64,000 bases of DNA. It comes from Nageia nagi (Eukaryota > Plantae > Pinophyta). Under the pieces are notes generated by a model, which was given only the letters and a program-made list of their open reading frames with translations, had not been told where the DNA came from and ran no database searches. The translations under genes and the position numbers were made by a program. Below, piece after piece: positions 49,394 through 64,000 of the stretch. Location of the stretch: positions 82,708,001 to 82,772,000 of the forward strand of contig JBITNC010000001.1 of NCBI GenBank assembly GCA_050084985.1, read 5' to 3'. Each line of letters starts with the position of its first letter. Positions within the stretch are counted from its first letter, which is position 1.

Positions 49394-52300
49394 TGTTAGG
49401 ATCCCATATCTTAACATTTATTTATATTGTTAGTTGTTTACTTTAATATGTTAAATATCAGCATGTATCAACTTGTAAGGTGGATTGTGACATTTTTGTA
49501 AGGCGAATTGCCATTTTGTAATGAACTGTCAAATTAGGGTTAGGATAGTATGGTTATAAATGTGTAGGAGAGGAAGAGATATCATAGCCCCTCTGAAGCG
49601 GCTTGCAATTCATTTTACTCAATAAAGTTACTCTATTTATGTGAGCATGCTATTATTCCAAATCATATTGTTGAATTACTATTCAATTGTTTTTCAATTC
49701 CATTGCTATATCGCATTTTACTGTTATTTTGGTTTAAATTTTTCATTAGATCTTCTGGGTGTTGGAATATGGACTTGATCAAAACTGAAATTTGACCTCA
49801 AAACACTTATTTCAAGATCTTTACTCAAGAAACACATAGATCTAAAGTGTTTCATCGTTTTTGTTTTGTTTTGTCAATTTTCAATTTAAACGTGTCTTAA
49901 GTATTTTTTGGTATTTTTCTAAGTTTGTTTGAGTTCGTGGCTTTGATGTTCCATCACAAGATTAATTCTAGGTTGATTCCTATATTGTTTGGTAGTAGCT
50001 TAGAATTCTATATAATGGTTTGCTCAATGTATTGGATTCTAACAATGTAGTAGAATGGAGTAGTAGTGTGAGAGCTTTATGAGAGGAGAGGTGTGCTTAG
50101 TTGCAATGTGTAGGATTCTATCAAAATACACACAAAGATTGTTGTAAGCTATATTTCATTGTGTGAGCAACAAATAGATTGTGATGAAGCATTCAAATGC
50201 TTGTTCATGAGTGTTTATTGATTAACTCCATAGTTTTTTTATCATGTATCTTGGTAATACAAGATTAATCTTGGGAGAGTTCAACCTTTGTTTATGCTTC
50301 TGCTGGTTGCTTTATTTGTGAGATCATTAATCTTATTAAGGTTATTGTTGCAAGTAGAGTTGAACTATTTTGAAACTGATCAAGTTTATAATGTAGTAAA
50401 TCTATTAAGATTTTACATTGGGCTCCTAACATCTGGTATTAGAGTTTCAATTTTGGCTACTTATGGGCAAATTGAAGATCGAGTTTTACTTTTGTGAAGT
50501 TGAATTGAGTTGAAGACCTAGATTTATCCAATTTTTGGTTGAAATGTTACCAAAATTTTCTTAGATTTGTGAGGTTGGAATCGAGTTGAAGATCTAAAAA
50601 TTGTCCATTTTCTAGTTGAAATTTTGCCATTTTTTTTTTCTTCAGAAATCTGTATATTTTATGGAGACCCTAGTTCGTTACTCCTTTCAAAATCAAACCT
50701 TTTATCCATCGAGTTATTTTATTTATCATTTTTTTCATTGTATCTCAACCTTCAAATTGTATTCGAGCCACCATTTCTAAGAAATCGTTTTCATTTTGGA
50801 ACCTTAAGTTTGCATAGAAAAAATAATAGGTTTCCAAAATGGGTATCGATTTTTTAGAAAAAAGTCTAGAGCTTCGAAAATCATCATTTCGAGATCTATC
50901 CTATTGGGCATATTTTTTGGGTTGATCATTTTGATATATAACACCTATATATCAGTTTTCAAAAATAACAGTTTCCAAAAATAACAATGTCTATAAATAG
51001 TAATATGTCTGAAGAAATGAGATCTCAAGACCTTGAAAAATTATCTCCGAAGGTTGAATACATCACTAGTTTGATTGGTGATGTTTACCTCCCATTTGCT
51101 CTTGAACTAAACAAGACAATGACATCTATATCCTCCAGCTATGGTTCCCTTAACCAATATTTGCAAATTCTTCAACAAGCACACGTTGCAGGTTTATCAA
51201 CGAGTTTGAGTGAATCTTAACCATCAGTAGGGCAAGAGTGCTAGATACCCAAAAGACATCAACAAGCCTTCATTCTTCTAAGAACAACCAAACTAGATTT
51301 TCCCAAATTTGATGGCAAGGATCCCATTAGTTGGATTTATCATGCCAAACAATATTTCTTCTTGAACCCAATTTTATAGGCTTAGAAGGTCAACATTGCC
51401 TCATTTAATCTTGAGCATACTTCACCACAAATCTCTTAGTTCAATTTGGCCCAAGTGATTTTGAAGATTTTACATGAGCTTTGACAAAACTCTGTCAAAC
51501 AACTACTATAAGAGAATACTAGGCACAACTTGAAAAGCTAGCCAATCGCACATAAGGATTAGATGATGCATTTTTCTGAAGTTGTTTTCATTAGTGGACC
51601 AAAGGAAGAGCTTTATATGGAAGTCAAAATGTTCAATCCCGATATTATGATGAAAGCTATTGGGCTTGCTAAATTGGCTGAAGACAAGTTCATTGCTTAA
51701 CGGAAACATGCGAAACAAGCATTTGGGAAACCCCAAAATTCTTAAATTGGTCCAAAAACCAAATCGACCATTGCAAATGAAGCGACTTACTCCCGAGGAA
51801 ATGAAGGAGCGCAAGGAAAAAGACCTCTGCTATAATTGTGATGAAAAATTCGAGCCCAACCATCGTTGTACCACACAAATTGTACCTATTAGATGACAAT
51901 ACCCTGATCGAGCCACTAAAGGAGGCATATGGGGATGCAATCGCGAACATGGTGGAGGAACCTAATAATCACATTGAAGATACTTAAGAGATTTCTTGCA
52001 ATGCCTTTTTCGTATTTTTTTCCCCATAGACTATGAAGTGTCGTGGACATTTCAAGGGACAAACTTTGATTGCGTTGATCAATTTAGGGAGCATGCAAAA
52101 TTTCATTGATCCCAAGGTAGCAAAAAAAAAACTATTATATACAACCTCAAAATAATTTTGAAGTGATGATTGATAATTGTGGAAAGATTGCTTATAAGGG
52201 AAAATATTGCAATGTCAAACTCAACATGGGAGAGTATCAATTGCAAAGTGATATATATCCCTTCCATTGGGAGGATGTGATGTGGTCCTTAGCGCTCAAT

Positions 52301-55025
52301 GGTTGCGAACATTGGGACCTATCCTCTGGGAGTTTTTTGAATTTCGGATGCAATTTATAGCTGAGGACCCAAATATACCCTTAAGGGACTTCACTAAGGA
52401 CAATCACAAATTATTAGTTCCCACAACATGAAGAAGCTTCTTTGCAAGGGCAAAAAAGGCATGGTGGCGCAACTGTTTTTAATTCAATCGATAGAGCAAG
52501 GACATGGCAAATTGGAGGAACTCCAACAACTGTTGGCATGTCATGAAGGTGTTTTTGAAGAATCTAAGGGGTTGACCCTACGTCGCTCTTATGATCATGC
52601 CATCTAGTTGATTCCAGAATTCAACCACCTAACATTCATCCCTATCGTTACCTCTATCTGCAAAAGGATGACATTGAGAAATTGGTGAATGAAATGTTGG
52701 AAGTAGATATCATTCAACCTAGTGTGAGCCCTTACTCTTCTCCTATTCTATTGGTTCACAAGGATGGGTCTTGGCACATGCACATCGACTTTCAGGTTGT
52801 CAACAAACTCATAAACAAGGACAAGTTTTTCATCTTGGTTATTGATGAGTTGGACGAATTACATGGCTCAACATATTTTTCTAAACTGATTTACGATTCG
52901 GGTATCACCAAATCAAGCTTTGTGAAGAAGATATTCCCAAAATTGCTTTCTATACACATGAAGGTCACTATAAGTTTTTAGTAATACCATCCATTTAGTC
53001 TTACTAATGCTCCTTCCACCTTTTAGAGCCTCATGAATCAAGTATTTCCTCCTCACCTTAGAAAATTTATTTTGATTTTTTTTTATGATATTTTAATCTA
53101 CAATAAGAATTGGGAGGATAATCTATCCCACTTAGATAAGACCTTGCAAATTCTCGAAGATAATCAACTATATGTTAAGCGATCCAAATATTCTTTTGGA
53201 CACAGAGAGATTGAGTACTTAGGGCACATTATATTTCAAGGTGTCAAGGTAGATCCTTGAAAGATTGCAAATACGAAAAGCTGGCCTCCTCCCAAATCAT
53301 TGAAGGAACTACGTGGATTCCTAGGATTAACTAGGTATTATCACAAATTTGTGAAGGATTATGGCAAGATTGTAGTACCACTCACAAGACTACTAAAAAA
53401 GAATACCTTCATTTGGTCACCCATTGCTTAAGAATCTTTCCACAAATAAAAAAAAGCCATGTGTTCCACCCTAGTCTTGGCCATGCTTGATTTCTCCAAA
53501 CTATTTGTCATTGAGAGCGATGCTTCCAAAGTGGGACTTGGAGCCATTTTGATGTAGGAGGGACAACACTTGGCTTTCACTAACAAGGCCTTATGATGTA
53601 AAAATTTGGCTAAATCCACCTATGAGAAAGAAATGTTAGTCATTATTCATGCTCTTCAACGATAGCGACCATATCTCATTGGTTGACACTTTCTCATTCG
53701 AAAGCGACCATATCTCATCATAGTTTGAAATACTTCATGGAACCAGTAATCTCAACTCCTAAATAATAAAAGTAGGTTACAAAGCTTTTAGGCTATGATT
53801 ATGAGATTGTGTATCAAAAGGGTAGAGAAATTGTAGTTATTGATGCCCTTTCTCAAAGTTTGAGGGGCCTATGGCACTTTAAGCAATTTCACTTCTGGTT
53901 CCTCAATGGCTTATTTAGGTTAAATAAGAATGACTCCATGATAGCTCTACTTAGATGTTGATTCACCAACTCCATACTAACCTTGCTAGCAAACCCCATT
54001 TTTCATGGCATGATGGAATTCTTCGTTTCAAGGTTCGCATTGCACTATATGCCAATTCTTCATGCTGTAAGCTAATACTTCAAGAGTTAATGCTTCTCTG
54101 ACTGTTTGATGCTTTGGTTTTTTGAAGACCTACAAATGAGTGACCCACTCCTTCTATTAGACTAAAATGTAACAAAACATCAAGAAATTTGTTGCTGAAT
54201 GTGATGTTTGTCAATGACAAAAAGGTGAGCAATTGGCACTCGCCTCCTTTAGCCTTTACCTATACCAATATGCACTTAGACTGATATTTCGATAGATTTC
54301 ATTGAGGGCCTCCTTAAATCCTATGAGAAATCTGTTATAATGGTGGTAGTGGATAGGATGTCCAAATATGCACACTCCTGCACTTTAGCTCATCCTTTCA
54401 AGGCATAATTAATGATCACGATTCGACCTTTACCAACAATTTTTGGCATGAATTCTTCAAGGTTCAAGGTACTCAACTTAATATGAGCTTAGCCTATCAT
54501 CCCCAAATTGATGTTCATATTGAAGTTATCTTTTTCTCAGCTTAACCAATCCATTGGGTTAAATGGCTTCCTTTGGTAGAATGGTGGTATAATACTTAAT
54601 ATCACACTTCCATTAAGATGACTCCCTATGAAGTATTATATGGTCAACCACCATCCACCATGGCTTCTTATGTTTCCAAAAACACCATTGTCCAAGTTGT
54701 TGATACCAGCTTAATCAATCAGAGAGATATTCTCCATCTTCTTCTGAAGAACTTGCAAGTAACTCAACATTGCATGAAGCAACAAGTTGATCAACAACGA
54801 GTCGAAAGAGAATTTCAAGAAGGGGACACAATTTTCTTATGGCTTCAACCATATTGACAAAAATCTCTCAAGGTAAAAGGACATTACAAGTTGACTTTGA
54901 AATTTTGTGGGCCTTACAAAATTCTGCAATGCTTTGGATCTGTAGCCTACAAGTTGGAGTTACCTGAATCTTCAAAATTTCACTCTTTTTTTCATGTCTC
55001 TTGCCTCAAGAAGGTCTTGGACTTG
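49394..55025 (+). mobile_element. 3'-truncated decayed Ty3/gypsy chromovirus-type (Reina-like) element; 5' LTR 49394-50431
   Basis: TIR tgttagga/tcctaaca, PBS tggtattagag at 50434. gag FPKFDGKDPISW and CYNCDEKFEPNHRC; RT SPYSSPILLVHKDGSW and FFYDILIY; RNase H ESDASKVGLGAIL; integrase end KFCGPYKILQ...AYKLELP...FHVSCLKK. No chromodomain or 3' LTR retained. Confidence 0.93.
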
Positions 55026-55029
55026 CAAG

Positions 55030-58000
55030 TAATGTTTAGAAATATATATCTAATATATCAAAAATCAAGTATTTTCAAATCAAGGCCAACTTATATATCT
55101 AACATCAGGTATCAAAATGACATTTTGTATTGAGTTTCATTGCATATATCTTATTCATACAATTATTTTTTTTAGTCACAATATTTTAAAAAGCCATGGC
55201 ACCTCCATGAGAACAAATGTAAAATTACTTCTATATGTCATAGGAAATTCTATGATACCAACACAACCTTCAACGCTTTGGGGAACATTTGATCTCATTT
55301 ACTTTGGGGAACTCTCGATCTTATTTTCTTTGGGGCACTCTCAATCCCATTTGCTTTGAGATACCCTTGATCCCATTTGCTTTGAGACACTTGCGATCCC
55401 CATTTGCTTTAAAGTAATAGCACCATATCCATCAAAACAAAATATGTTGCTTCTTGATGTGATCTTAGGGTAGAATTAGGACAACCAAAGGAGACCATCT
55501 TCATCCTCTTGCTTGGTGATATAAGCAACCCTATTTCTCAGGAGTAAAAGAAAACCCTTAGGTCATTATATATTTCCTACTACATGGTTGTTCTTTTAAA
55601 AGATGTAATTTATGTAGGTATTATCTTGTTTTCTTCCACATATCCATCTTCACCATATTGGAGAGTAGAACCGAAAGCATTATCAATCCTTGAATAAAAA
55701 AATGCAAACTTTGGCTTGGTTCTTCAATAGGAAAATTCCTTTGGGCAACCAAGATCAAAAGAGAGGCAACAAGATATCATACTCGAGCATAGAAATATTT
55801 TAGGGAAGTCCTCTTTATTATTGCAATTTTTTTATACTTTTCTATGTTTCTTTGGATTATGTAATTTCAAATACCCTTTCATTTCATATCAAAAGATGGG
55901 TAAAATGTAGATGCTTATAAATGATTTATTATTTAATAAATCATATTTAGATATCTCAAAAGAACAAATAACAATATTACATAAATCAAGGCTAATGTGT
56001 TATCAAAGAGTTATATCATGCGCTAAGTTCAATGTTTTATTAGTAATCATGATTATATCTAGAAATATCTTGATATTATAAAGATTATTTCTATTGCTAT
56101 ATGTTGGTCTTCACTCCTTTCTATGTCATTGCAAGTATAAATGTAGGAGTTGGTTGATATTACCTATCAAATTTGTTTGATAGGTGGTTGTCCATACATC
56201 ATACTACACTAATGGTGTCTATTGATGTCACCTATATGAGAATCTATTATACTTTAAAGCTCATGTTACATGCTATTATTTTCATTGTTCTTAATACTGC
56301 TAAACTCACAACATGCACAATGTTGAAGGATTGAGATCATGATGTTCATGCCATTCTACTCTGAGATCCAGAGTTATAGATTTAAAGGATGTTAAGCATA
56401 TATCTGGATAATTGAATATCCTTACTTCTTTGTCTTGGATCCAATCCAATCCTCCATACATAGAGACACATCTTAAGGATTGCTTCTATCTATCAGGTGC
56501 ACACTTTCTTAGCATTGTTCATATAGCCTTGATAAATGCATTTACATTTATATTGTAGTTTCTTATTTAATTATATTTCTTTATTGCAAATCATTATTTA
56601 GAGTCTACAATTTTTATAATATTATATTGCAAATTATGTAATACAATCATCATAACATGTTGTATCATGTGTGTTACTTTCATAATCCAATATTATGTGT
56701 TGTTTTGTTTTATGTGTTGCATTCATAATTTCATGTTGTGTATCTTGTGTTACATTATATGCTATATTTGGGTATCATGATCTAGCACCAATATAGGAAT
56801 CAATACCTAAATTGAATGAAATGATAGTAGTGTATATTTATAAGAATAATAACAATGATGATTATGTTAGTCCTCCAAAACCTATTGAGATCTTGTGCGA
56901 AAATGTATAACTTGAAAACCTTGAGCCCTATGTTGATGTATTGCATAAGGAAGAATTTCACATCCAAGATGTCAAGTGCATTTGAATGGTTCAATTTATG
57001 TTTTAATGTTAAAATTGATAAATCAAATACAGAAGAAAGAAAAAATGAAGAAAAGGCTAATTATAACAAAGAGGAATTGATTGATAGATAGTTGCATATA
57101 TCTATTTTGGAAAGTGAACCAAAAAAATGATTAGTCATCCAAAGAGTTCCAAATTAAGTGAGAAACACTTTAAAATATTCTAGATAATGAAACATTCAAT
57201 AAAGAATCCAAAGTGAAAAGTATAAAGTTATTGATTGTGTTTAAAAAAGTTTTTAAAAATATATATTAATTAGAATAGGTTTGTTTTCATGTTTAAGAGA
57301 AGAAAAAATCATTAAATAAAGAGAAGAATAAAATAAGAAAGATGAGCAAGTTGATCCATTAAGGAAAGTTATGCAAGAGAGATTTGTAATATAAAGAGTT
57401 TCAAATCAAAATATGAACATTTAAGAAAAGTTTGGAAGGTGGAGGATTTAGTAAGATATGTAGATATTAGCAACATGAAATAATTGATCATTTTGAAAAA
57501 GTAATGGAATAAGGTAGAAAAAATAGAGTATGACTACTTGAATGTTTAAAAGAGGAAGAAAGTATTGAGTATCAAGAAGAAATTCATAATAAGAGGCAAC
57601 AATAAAATAAGAAAATTGAAGGCGATAAAGAGAAAATCTTAAGATTTGTAGAAACGCATTGTAAAATAGAAGCATCAAGATATTAACAAAAATCAAAAAG
57701 GCATTTTAGAAATATGCAAATCAATAAAGGTTAATTTTAGGATACATTGATACATTATAAAGAAAAAATAGGTTGCAAAGAACTTCTAGTAGCAAAGAAA
57801 CCTTATTTTGATTGATGGGGATCATTGGACATCCCTTAATAACTCATGATATCTATTGAATTTCATGAATTATGTTTGAACCTTCATAATTTATTATACA
57901 TTGAAGTCCATTAATGTTACATAGTCTATATTTAAGTTCATCCTTTTTGTTTATCATTGTATGTTATTGCATGTCAATTGTTTTATGTTATGTCCTAAGT

Positions 58001-59270
58001 GAAAAAGTCTTAAGTGGTTATTTATTGATCATGAAGAAAAAGTCTTTTAGTTCTATTTAGAAAATCCATGATATTAGTTCTAGGTAGAAAAGTGAATTGA
58101 TAATTTTGTATAAGAGTTGAGAAATTATTTTTGAAATGGTTAGAATTTGAAAAACATTATCAAAGGTAAAAAATAGAAGAATCATTAGGTTTGATCATAT
58201 CAAAATCATAAATGGGTTCAATAACAAGGTTGTAGGCTAAATTTGAGGATATTTGGGCGTAGGAAGCCATGTGATGTTGCAGGGAGCATTTAATTTATTT
58301 GTTTTATAAATTAATTATTGTAGTATATATATAAAAAATATTCAATTTAAATAAAAATTATCTCAAAATTCATTCACAGTTAAAAGTTATGGCCTCCAAA
58401 AGTTAGTAGATTCTAAAAGTGCAAAATAGGTCTATTTCAACCATGATATTAGTAATTTTCTCTTAGAATTTGTTAAGTTTAGTTTTTCCATGTTGAATAC
58501 ATCAGTTAAACATTTTTAATTAAAAAAATTATCATCTAAATTATAGTTGTATAGTAAAAGTTATAATCTTCCATAAATGATAATTTTATTCAAAATGCAA
58601 GTTTGTAATAAGTGCAAAATTATCAAACGGAAAGTGAAAATCTTATCAAGGAAAACTTAAGGGTTGAATTCTCTAAGAAATAAAATGTTTAAAGTATTTC
58701 CTTATTGTTTTGATAATTATTTCTCATGATTTCAAATATTTTGGAGACGTTTTTAGGTTGAATAAAAAATTATGAAGAAGTTGCGAAGGCGACGAAACTC
58801 AAATTTTAAAGGCTAAAACTTTCAAGGTAAAATTTAGGTATGTATGTTTGATTTAAATAATTTTTATTTAGTTTTTAATATAATTGTTTTCTTTAAATTA
58901 ATATAAAAAATCGATAAAATTAAAAAAAATATTATTAAAATTTGAATTGCAAATCTTATGATAGTCATTTTTGATTGTTCTTGTTCTCCAAATTTGTATA
59001 GCTTGATAATCTATATAACTTGTCATTTCTTTGATATTATAAAATATGTTATGATTATATACAATATGAATAATACTTTTTTTTTTTTTTATGATGATTC
59101 TTTTGAGATGTATGCTTTTTGATTTGGAATGGGAATATGTTAAGTCTTTTATTACTAGGTTATGGTTATCATAACAAACCATTTTCATGACCAAGTATCC
59201 TAACATAGTGAATGAGATTGTTCTTATATGGTCCCGATAAATTATTATGTTTCCAATGATAGAATTGATA
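55030..59270. mobile_element. Highly degraded LTR-retrotransposon debris (PPT/LTR-like junction at ~55906)
   Basis: aaaagatgggtaaaa|tgtagatg resembles 22035-22060. No clearly recognisable protein domains. Confidence 0.35.
55344..55410. repeat. 3 x ~26-bp tandem repeat
   Basis: atcccatttgcttt(gaga) occurs three times. Confidence 0.85.
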
Positions 59271-59271
59271 G

Positions 59272-60330
59272 TGTTAACACCTAAAAATGAATTTTAATCT
59301 AATTAAAATACACCTTCTAGGTATTTGAAAGGATTTATTTAATTAAATAATTTGATACCCTTCTTACTGTACACATTTAACTACCTTTATATTTTCTAAT
59401 AATAGGTCAGCTCGAAGATAAGCCTAAGAAGGTGTCTTGGTACTTGTGCATCATAACCTCAAGGAAGAGCCTTAGTACTAGACATGCTATCTATAAAGGT
59501 GGAAGGGTTGTCCATGAGAAACCATGACATGATCCAAAATCCTTGATAGGTGGTAATATACTTAATACTATTGATCAATGTCTCTTGAAGCCACCTATCA
59601 TGTCTAGATTTTGTTACACTATGAGTTTTGCATTCCTATGATCTTTCAAACCAATTGTACCTAATATTTTGAGCTTTGAAGGAGTATCAATAATAACAAA
59701 TGTAACTTTGAAGATTTATAGAAAAAATGTTTGGCGACGATGTTGGGTTCCTAGCGATGATTTTGGGTGGATGATGGATTGGTGGCTCCATTTTATGGAG
59801 AATCTTGTTGTCGACCTCTATGAGTTAGGTGTTGCCTTTAATTATCATGATAGGTAAAGTAAAAATGTTTGTATCTTCATTAATCTAGGTTTGATAGGTT
59901 AAGGTCAATTAGGTTAATTGTGATCATTTTCACCTTTCATATTATTGCTATTCTAATGCAATTTCTTCATTATTCGATATAATTGAATATCTTAAGTAAG
60001 CTTAATAAATTATTATTTTGGTTATAACAATTTGTGAATCCAACTTTTCTTTGACACATCACTTTATCCTTCACTAGTTGCACTAATAACCTTAGATTTT
60101 TTGGATAGGAATGATATTGTATTTCGAGTGTTTCAAATATGAAGCTTGCTCAATTTCTTCCCATGATTAATAGCTTTGATGATATTACAAAGGTTAATTT
60201 GAAGATGATGCTTTATGGTGTTGATGATAGAAGTGAGGGCTCTAATGTTGGTGGAAATAATAGTTCACTTGAATTTTATGCTACCAGATCTAGGGATTTA
60301 AGCCAGTTATGTGATGAAATTTGAAATGCT
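59272..60330 (+). mobile_element. Gypsy-type LTR remnant (family of 11188), interrupted by copia
   Basis: tgttaacacctaaaaatg start; blocks shared with 11188-11370. Right boundary uncertain. Confidence 0.55.
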
Positions 60331-63300
60331 TATTGGAATGCATCACTAGATACCTTAGGTATTTAAGTGAATATGATAATGTAACTTGTCCTACATTCCA
60401 TTTCATGAGCATGCCTCTTGGGTAAAAGGGAATAGCATGTCATGCCTTTGTACAATGATGAAAAGGATGATCTAAAGGGGGATTTTGGCCTATAAATAGA
60501 AAGCCTTCTCTTTGAGATTACTCATCAATTTGCGAAGAAAAGTTATGCTTTAAGATAGTGATTAGAAGATGAAGTTAGGAGGATTATAAGAGAGTTGTCT
60601 TTTTGAATGAAGTAAGATCTTGTTAATGGATGTACTTCTAGTTGGAGAAACCATTTTATATCTTGAGTCACTTTGTGAGATTGTTCTATACTTGAGTATT
60701 GATATTAGTGAGCTTCCATGTGATCTTAGTAGTATAAGATTGTTTTCTTTATAGTTCAAATCTTTCATTTGGTATCAAAGCTTGGTGTTGAAGCTCTTCT
60801 TCAACATTTTGGTGCTCTACTTTTCTCATCCTACAACCTTGTTGATGTAAAAAAATTTAGAAGGTATAACCTCCTCTTTTTTTTGGATTATTTCATTAGG
60901 ATCCTAACATATTTTTGAGATGTGTTAGTTTCTTTTTTAGCAAAATATGATTAAAATAGAAATATAATGCAATTTTTTCTTATACTAACCTCTTATGTTA
61001 GTTGCAATTATTTTTTCAAAATTAATTAATACTTTGATTATTTACAATTTAAAATGATAGTATACAAAAATTATATATATATATATTTTAAAAATATACT
61101 ATATCTTTAATGGAAGAGATTTTTTTTACACTCTATAAAACTATTGTTTTTATTTTTTAAAGAATATTACATTTTTCTACAAAAATATATATACATTTTT
61201 TTTTATTACATTAAGATTATGTAAAAATATTAAATAAAGTTACATTTCCTTTACAAAAATTATTTAATTTTTTTTGTATAGATCTTTCATCTCCTTTACA
61301 ACTTTTATTTACATAGTATCTTACAAGGGGTGGCGGCGGTGGTGTTAATCGGCCAAACCCCTTAATTCTCTCCTCCATACACTCGACCCTCTTCCTGAGT
61401 GGTCTCTCTTATCCAAACAAAAGGAGGTCGCGCAGGAAAAACTAAGTGCGTTAAGAAGGGAGAGGGGGATTTCCTTTATTTCTCGGTGGATGACCTTACG
61501 TTTCCATTAAATGAAGTCCTTGTTTTGTTTATATCATTATTTTTTTTGTGTATTCTTTGACAAACAACTTATTATTATTATTTTTTTTCTTCTCTTTAAT
61601 GAACTTGACATGGAGTGAAGTAAGGATTAAAATTAAGTTTTTAATGTCTTACAAGTAATCATTTTTTTCAAATATTTAATGCTTGAAAGTTGTGGATGAA
61701 CAATTTTTTAGAGAATACTTTTTAAATATCTAAAAGTATTATTACTTTATCTAATTGCATTATGTAAGTATCTTTTAATATTTTTTTTTTACTTATATAT
61801 ATATTTTAAAGTAAAAATGAAGGAATTTTTTGAAGTATTTTTTTTAAGAGAAGGTAATCTTGTGGAGGTTATTTTTACAATGATGAAAAATATTTTCTTT
61901 AGTGTCAAAGTTAAAAATATTTTTTAAACTTGACATTAAGATAATTCTTAAGTGGTACTTTATATTTTTCCAATACCTAGAAGCTAAAATTTCTTTTAAG
62001 AATGCAATTTTTTTACCTTCATAAATACTTAAGTATTTTTTTAAGAAAACTAGCATTTTTTTAAGATCATGTTGCTTTCAGATCAATTTTAAGTAAAAAA
62101 TAGAGATGTTTTTATTCTTTACTTAAAAGTTTTCTTTAGATCCTTTACATTTTCTTTAAGTCTTTTATGCAAACTATGGAAATGATGCATATTTTTTAGA
62201 AACGTTTATGGAAATGAGGTAATGATGTATGTTCATTACTTAGAATCTTTTGCAAACTATGGAAATGATGCATGTTTATACAAAGTTAAGATTGAACTTG
62301 TACAAAATACGGAATTATATAAATATATCCTTTAAGGGTTAGTAAACAAAACCCATTGGATTCTTAGATTCCAATCTTATTGGTCGATGATGTATCTTTT
62401 TACATGCTTTACTTTATATTTTGCAACTTTGCTTTGTTTATGTAAAAATCGTAAACATTGAAATGTGCAACCCCTTAAAATGAATACATTCGTACATACA
62501 TTTTGCAATATGACTTATTTGAGGAGCCATGAGATGAGGATAAGCAGATTGGAATTTTCAATCTAACAATCTAAATGGTGAAAAGTTTGTACTTCTTAAT
62601 TACCTTTAAGTCCTCTATTGGTCTAAATATAACTCCAATAGGTGGACAAGCATATATGTAGTGATACCACATATCTGCACGTCCATTTAGAGATTATCTT
62701 GATAACTTAGAAGGATAATTTGAAACCTAATCAAGATTAATAATTTAGTCAATCCAACATATATCACAATTTTAAAAAATAGTAGGTACTCCTTGTGAGA
62801 GTATATTACTACCCAAGCCAAACTAGTTGAGGATTGGTAGTACTTGGGCTCCACTTTATAAGCATTCAAGTGAAAGCTTAATTTTAAATAAAAAAATAAA
62901 TCTCAACATTATCTCTCTACATTTATGGTACTTGATGATGATAAAAGTGTTGGATACATGAGACATATATTTGAGTTGTAAACATTTGCACATGTGAATT
63001 TTATTTAACAAATTAAGTATGTTCTTTTATTAAATTTAACATGTATGATTGATTTACTTGAATAAATCTAAAATATTTATAGATGTTAAAATATTATTCT
63101 AGACCACATGCTTACAAAGGTTAACATTTTCACATTCTTGTGTAGCAAATGAGATACACCTTTTGACCTAAGCACATTTTCGATAGTTTCAACTTTGGTA
63201 TTTGTCAACCTCGAATGAGAGCTGAATTGCAGGTAAAGAAGTTTTGGTAAATAGTTAATGAAAACCTTATTGCTCTTACAAATGAGAAGGCACTTAAAGC

Positions 63301-64000
63301 ATTCAATATGAAGAATGACTTAGTAACCTTCATGACATTCCATGCAATGTTAGATGAAGTGCTCCTTATGATTTCATCTTCAACCTCAACAAAGAAAGCT
63401 TGGGATAAGATTAAAAAAATTTACCTTAAATCTAAATTTTCAAGAAGGTTCATTATTTTTCAAAAGTTGCTTCAATCTCGTCAAGAGAAAGATGAAAATG
63501 TTACCATCTACTTGAATAAAATTATTGACCTTAGAACCTAACTTGTTGCTTGTGGATGCAATTGGATCAATGATGAGTTCATGGTCTTCATCATTTTCCA
63601 AAGCCTTTCCTCAAATTTTAGTAATTTTATGACTATAATTGAGACTAAGCTTGATGATTAAGAAGAAGTTTTCTCCCTTGAGAATCTTTCTAGGCTCCTT
63701 CTGAAGCATGAGAAAACTCTTAATAAAAAGATGTTGATCTCTTTTTTAAAGGATAATAGTGTTACTTTAAAAGAAACCAAAACTCTTTTTAAGAAGAAAT
63801 TCAATCATCAAAAGAAATATTATCCTTTTTCTTTCAAGAAGTTTAAGAAAAGGTTCAATAACAATATTCACAACTACTTCAAGCAAAAATATGGAAAAGG
63901 TAAGGTAAGCAAATCAAATTCTAAAGCAAAGTTTGATAGAGATTGTAACTTTTATAGCATCCATATTCAAAAAGAATTTGATTGCTATAAAAAAGAAGAA
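60331..64000 (+). mobile_element. 5' part of a Ty1/copia element: 5' LTR 60331-60767, PBS, ~2.4-kb leader, decayed gag from ~63150, running off the window
   Basis: LTR is the reverse complement of the 20045/24660 LTRs. PBS tggtatcaaagc at 60770-60781. gag FDSFNFGICQPRMRAELQVKKFW and STKKAWDKIKKIY...QEKDENVTIYLNKIIDL (UBN2-like). Confidence 0.9.

Overview
Plant nuclear DNA, AT-rich and CpG-depleted. The long TE-filled introns and the TE families suggest a gymnosperm (inference). Two intact + strand host genes were found. (1) The thylakoid lumenal 17.4 kDa pentapeptide-repeat protein TL17, with 3 coding exons at 3502-4817; its first exon is probably upstream of the window. (2) A 179-aa uncharacterised NLS-bearing protein with 3 exons across 32404-48516 and TE-packed introns of 3.9 and 11.7 kb. 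Most of the rest is layered retroelement debris: L1 and RTE/CR1-type LINEs, Ty1/copia and Ty3/gypsy elements, solo LTRs with target-site duplications (TSDs), and a hAT MITE. The most unusual signals are four. (a) An extra uncharacterised ORF directly downstream of ORF2 of an L1 LINE, with a second divergent, gaplessly alignable copy ending in a LINE-like 3' tail (candidate three-ORF L1). (b) 17 copies of an 8-bp CCGCATAA motif phased every ~20 bp with unique spacers inside a Sirevirus-like LTR. (c) A 5-copy hairpin array with compensatory substitutions in a copia 3' UTR. (d) A GC-rich structured island in a 2.4-kb copia leader. All calls were made by eye; no database searches were run.
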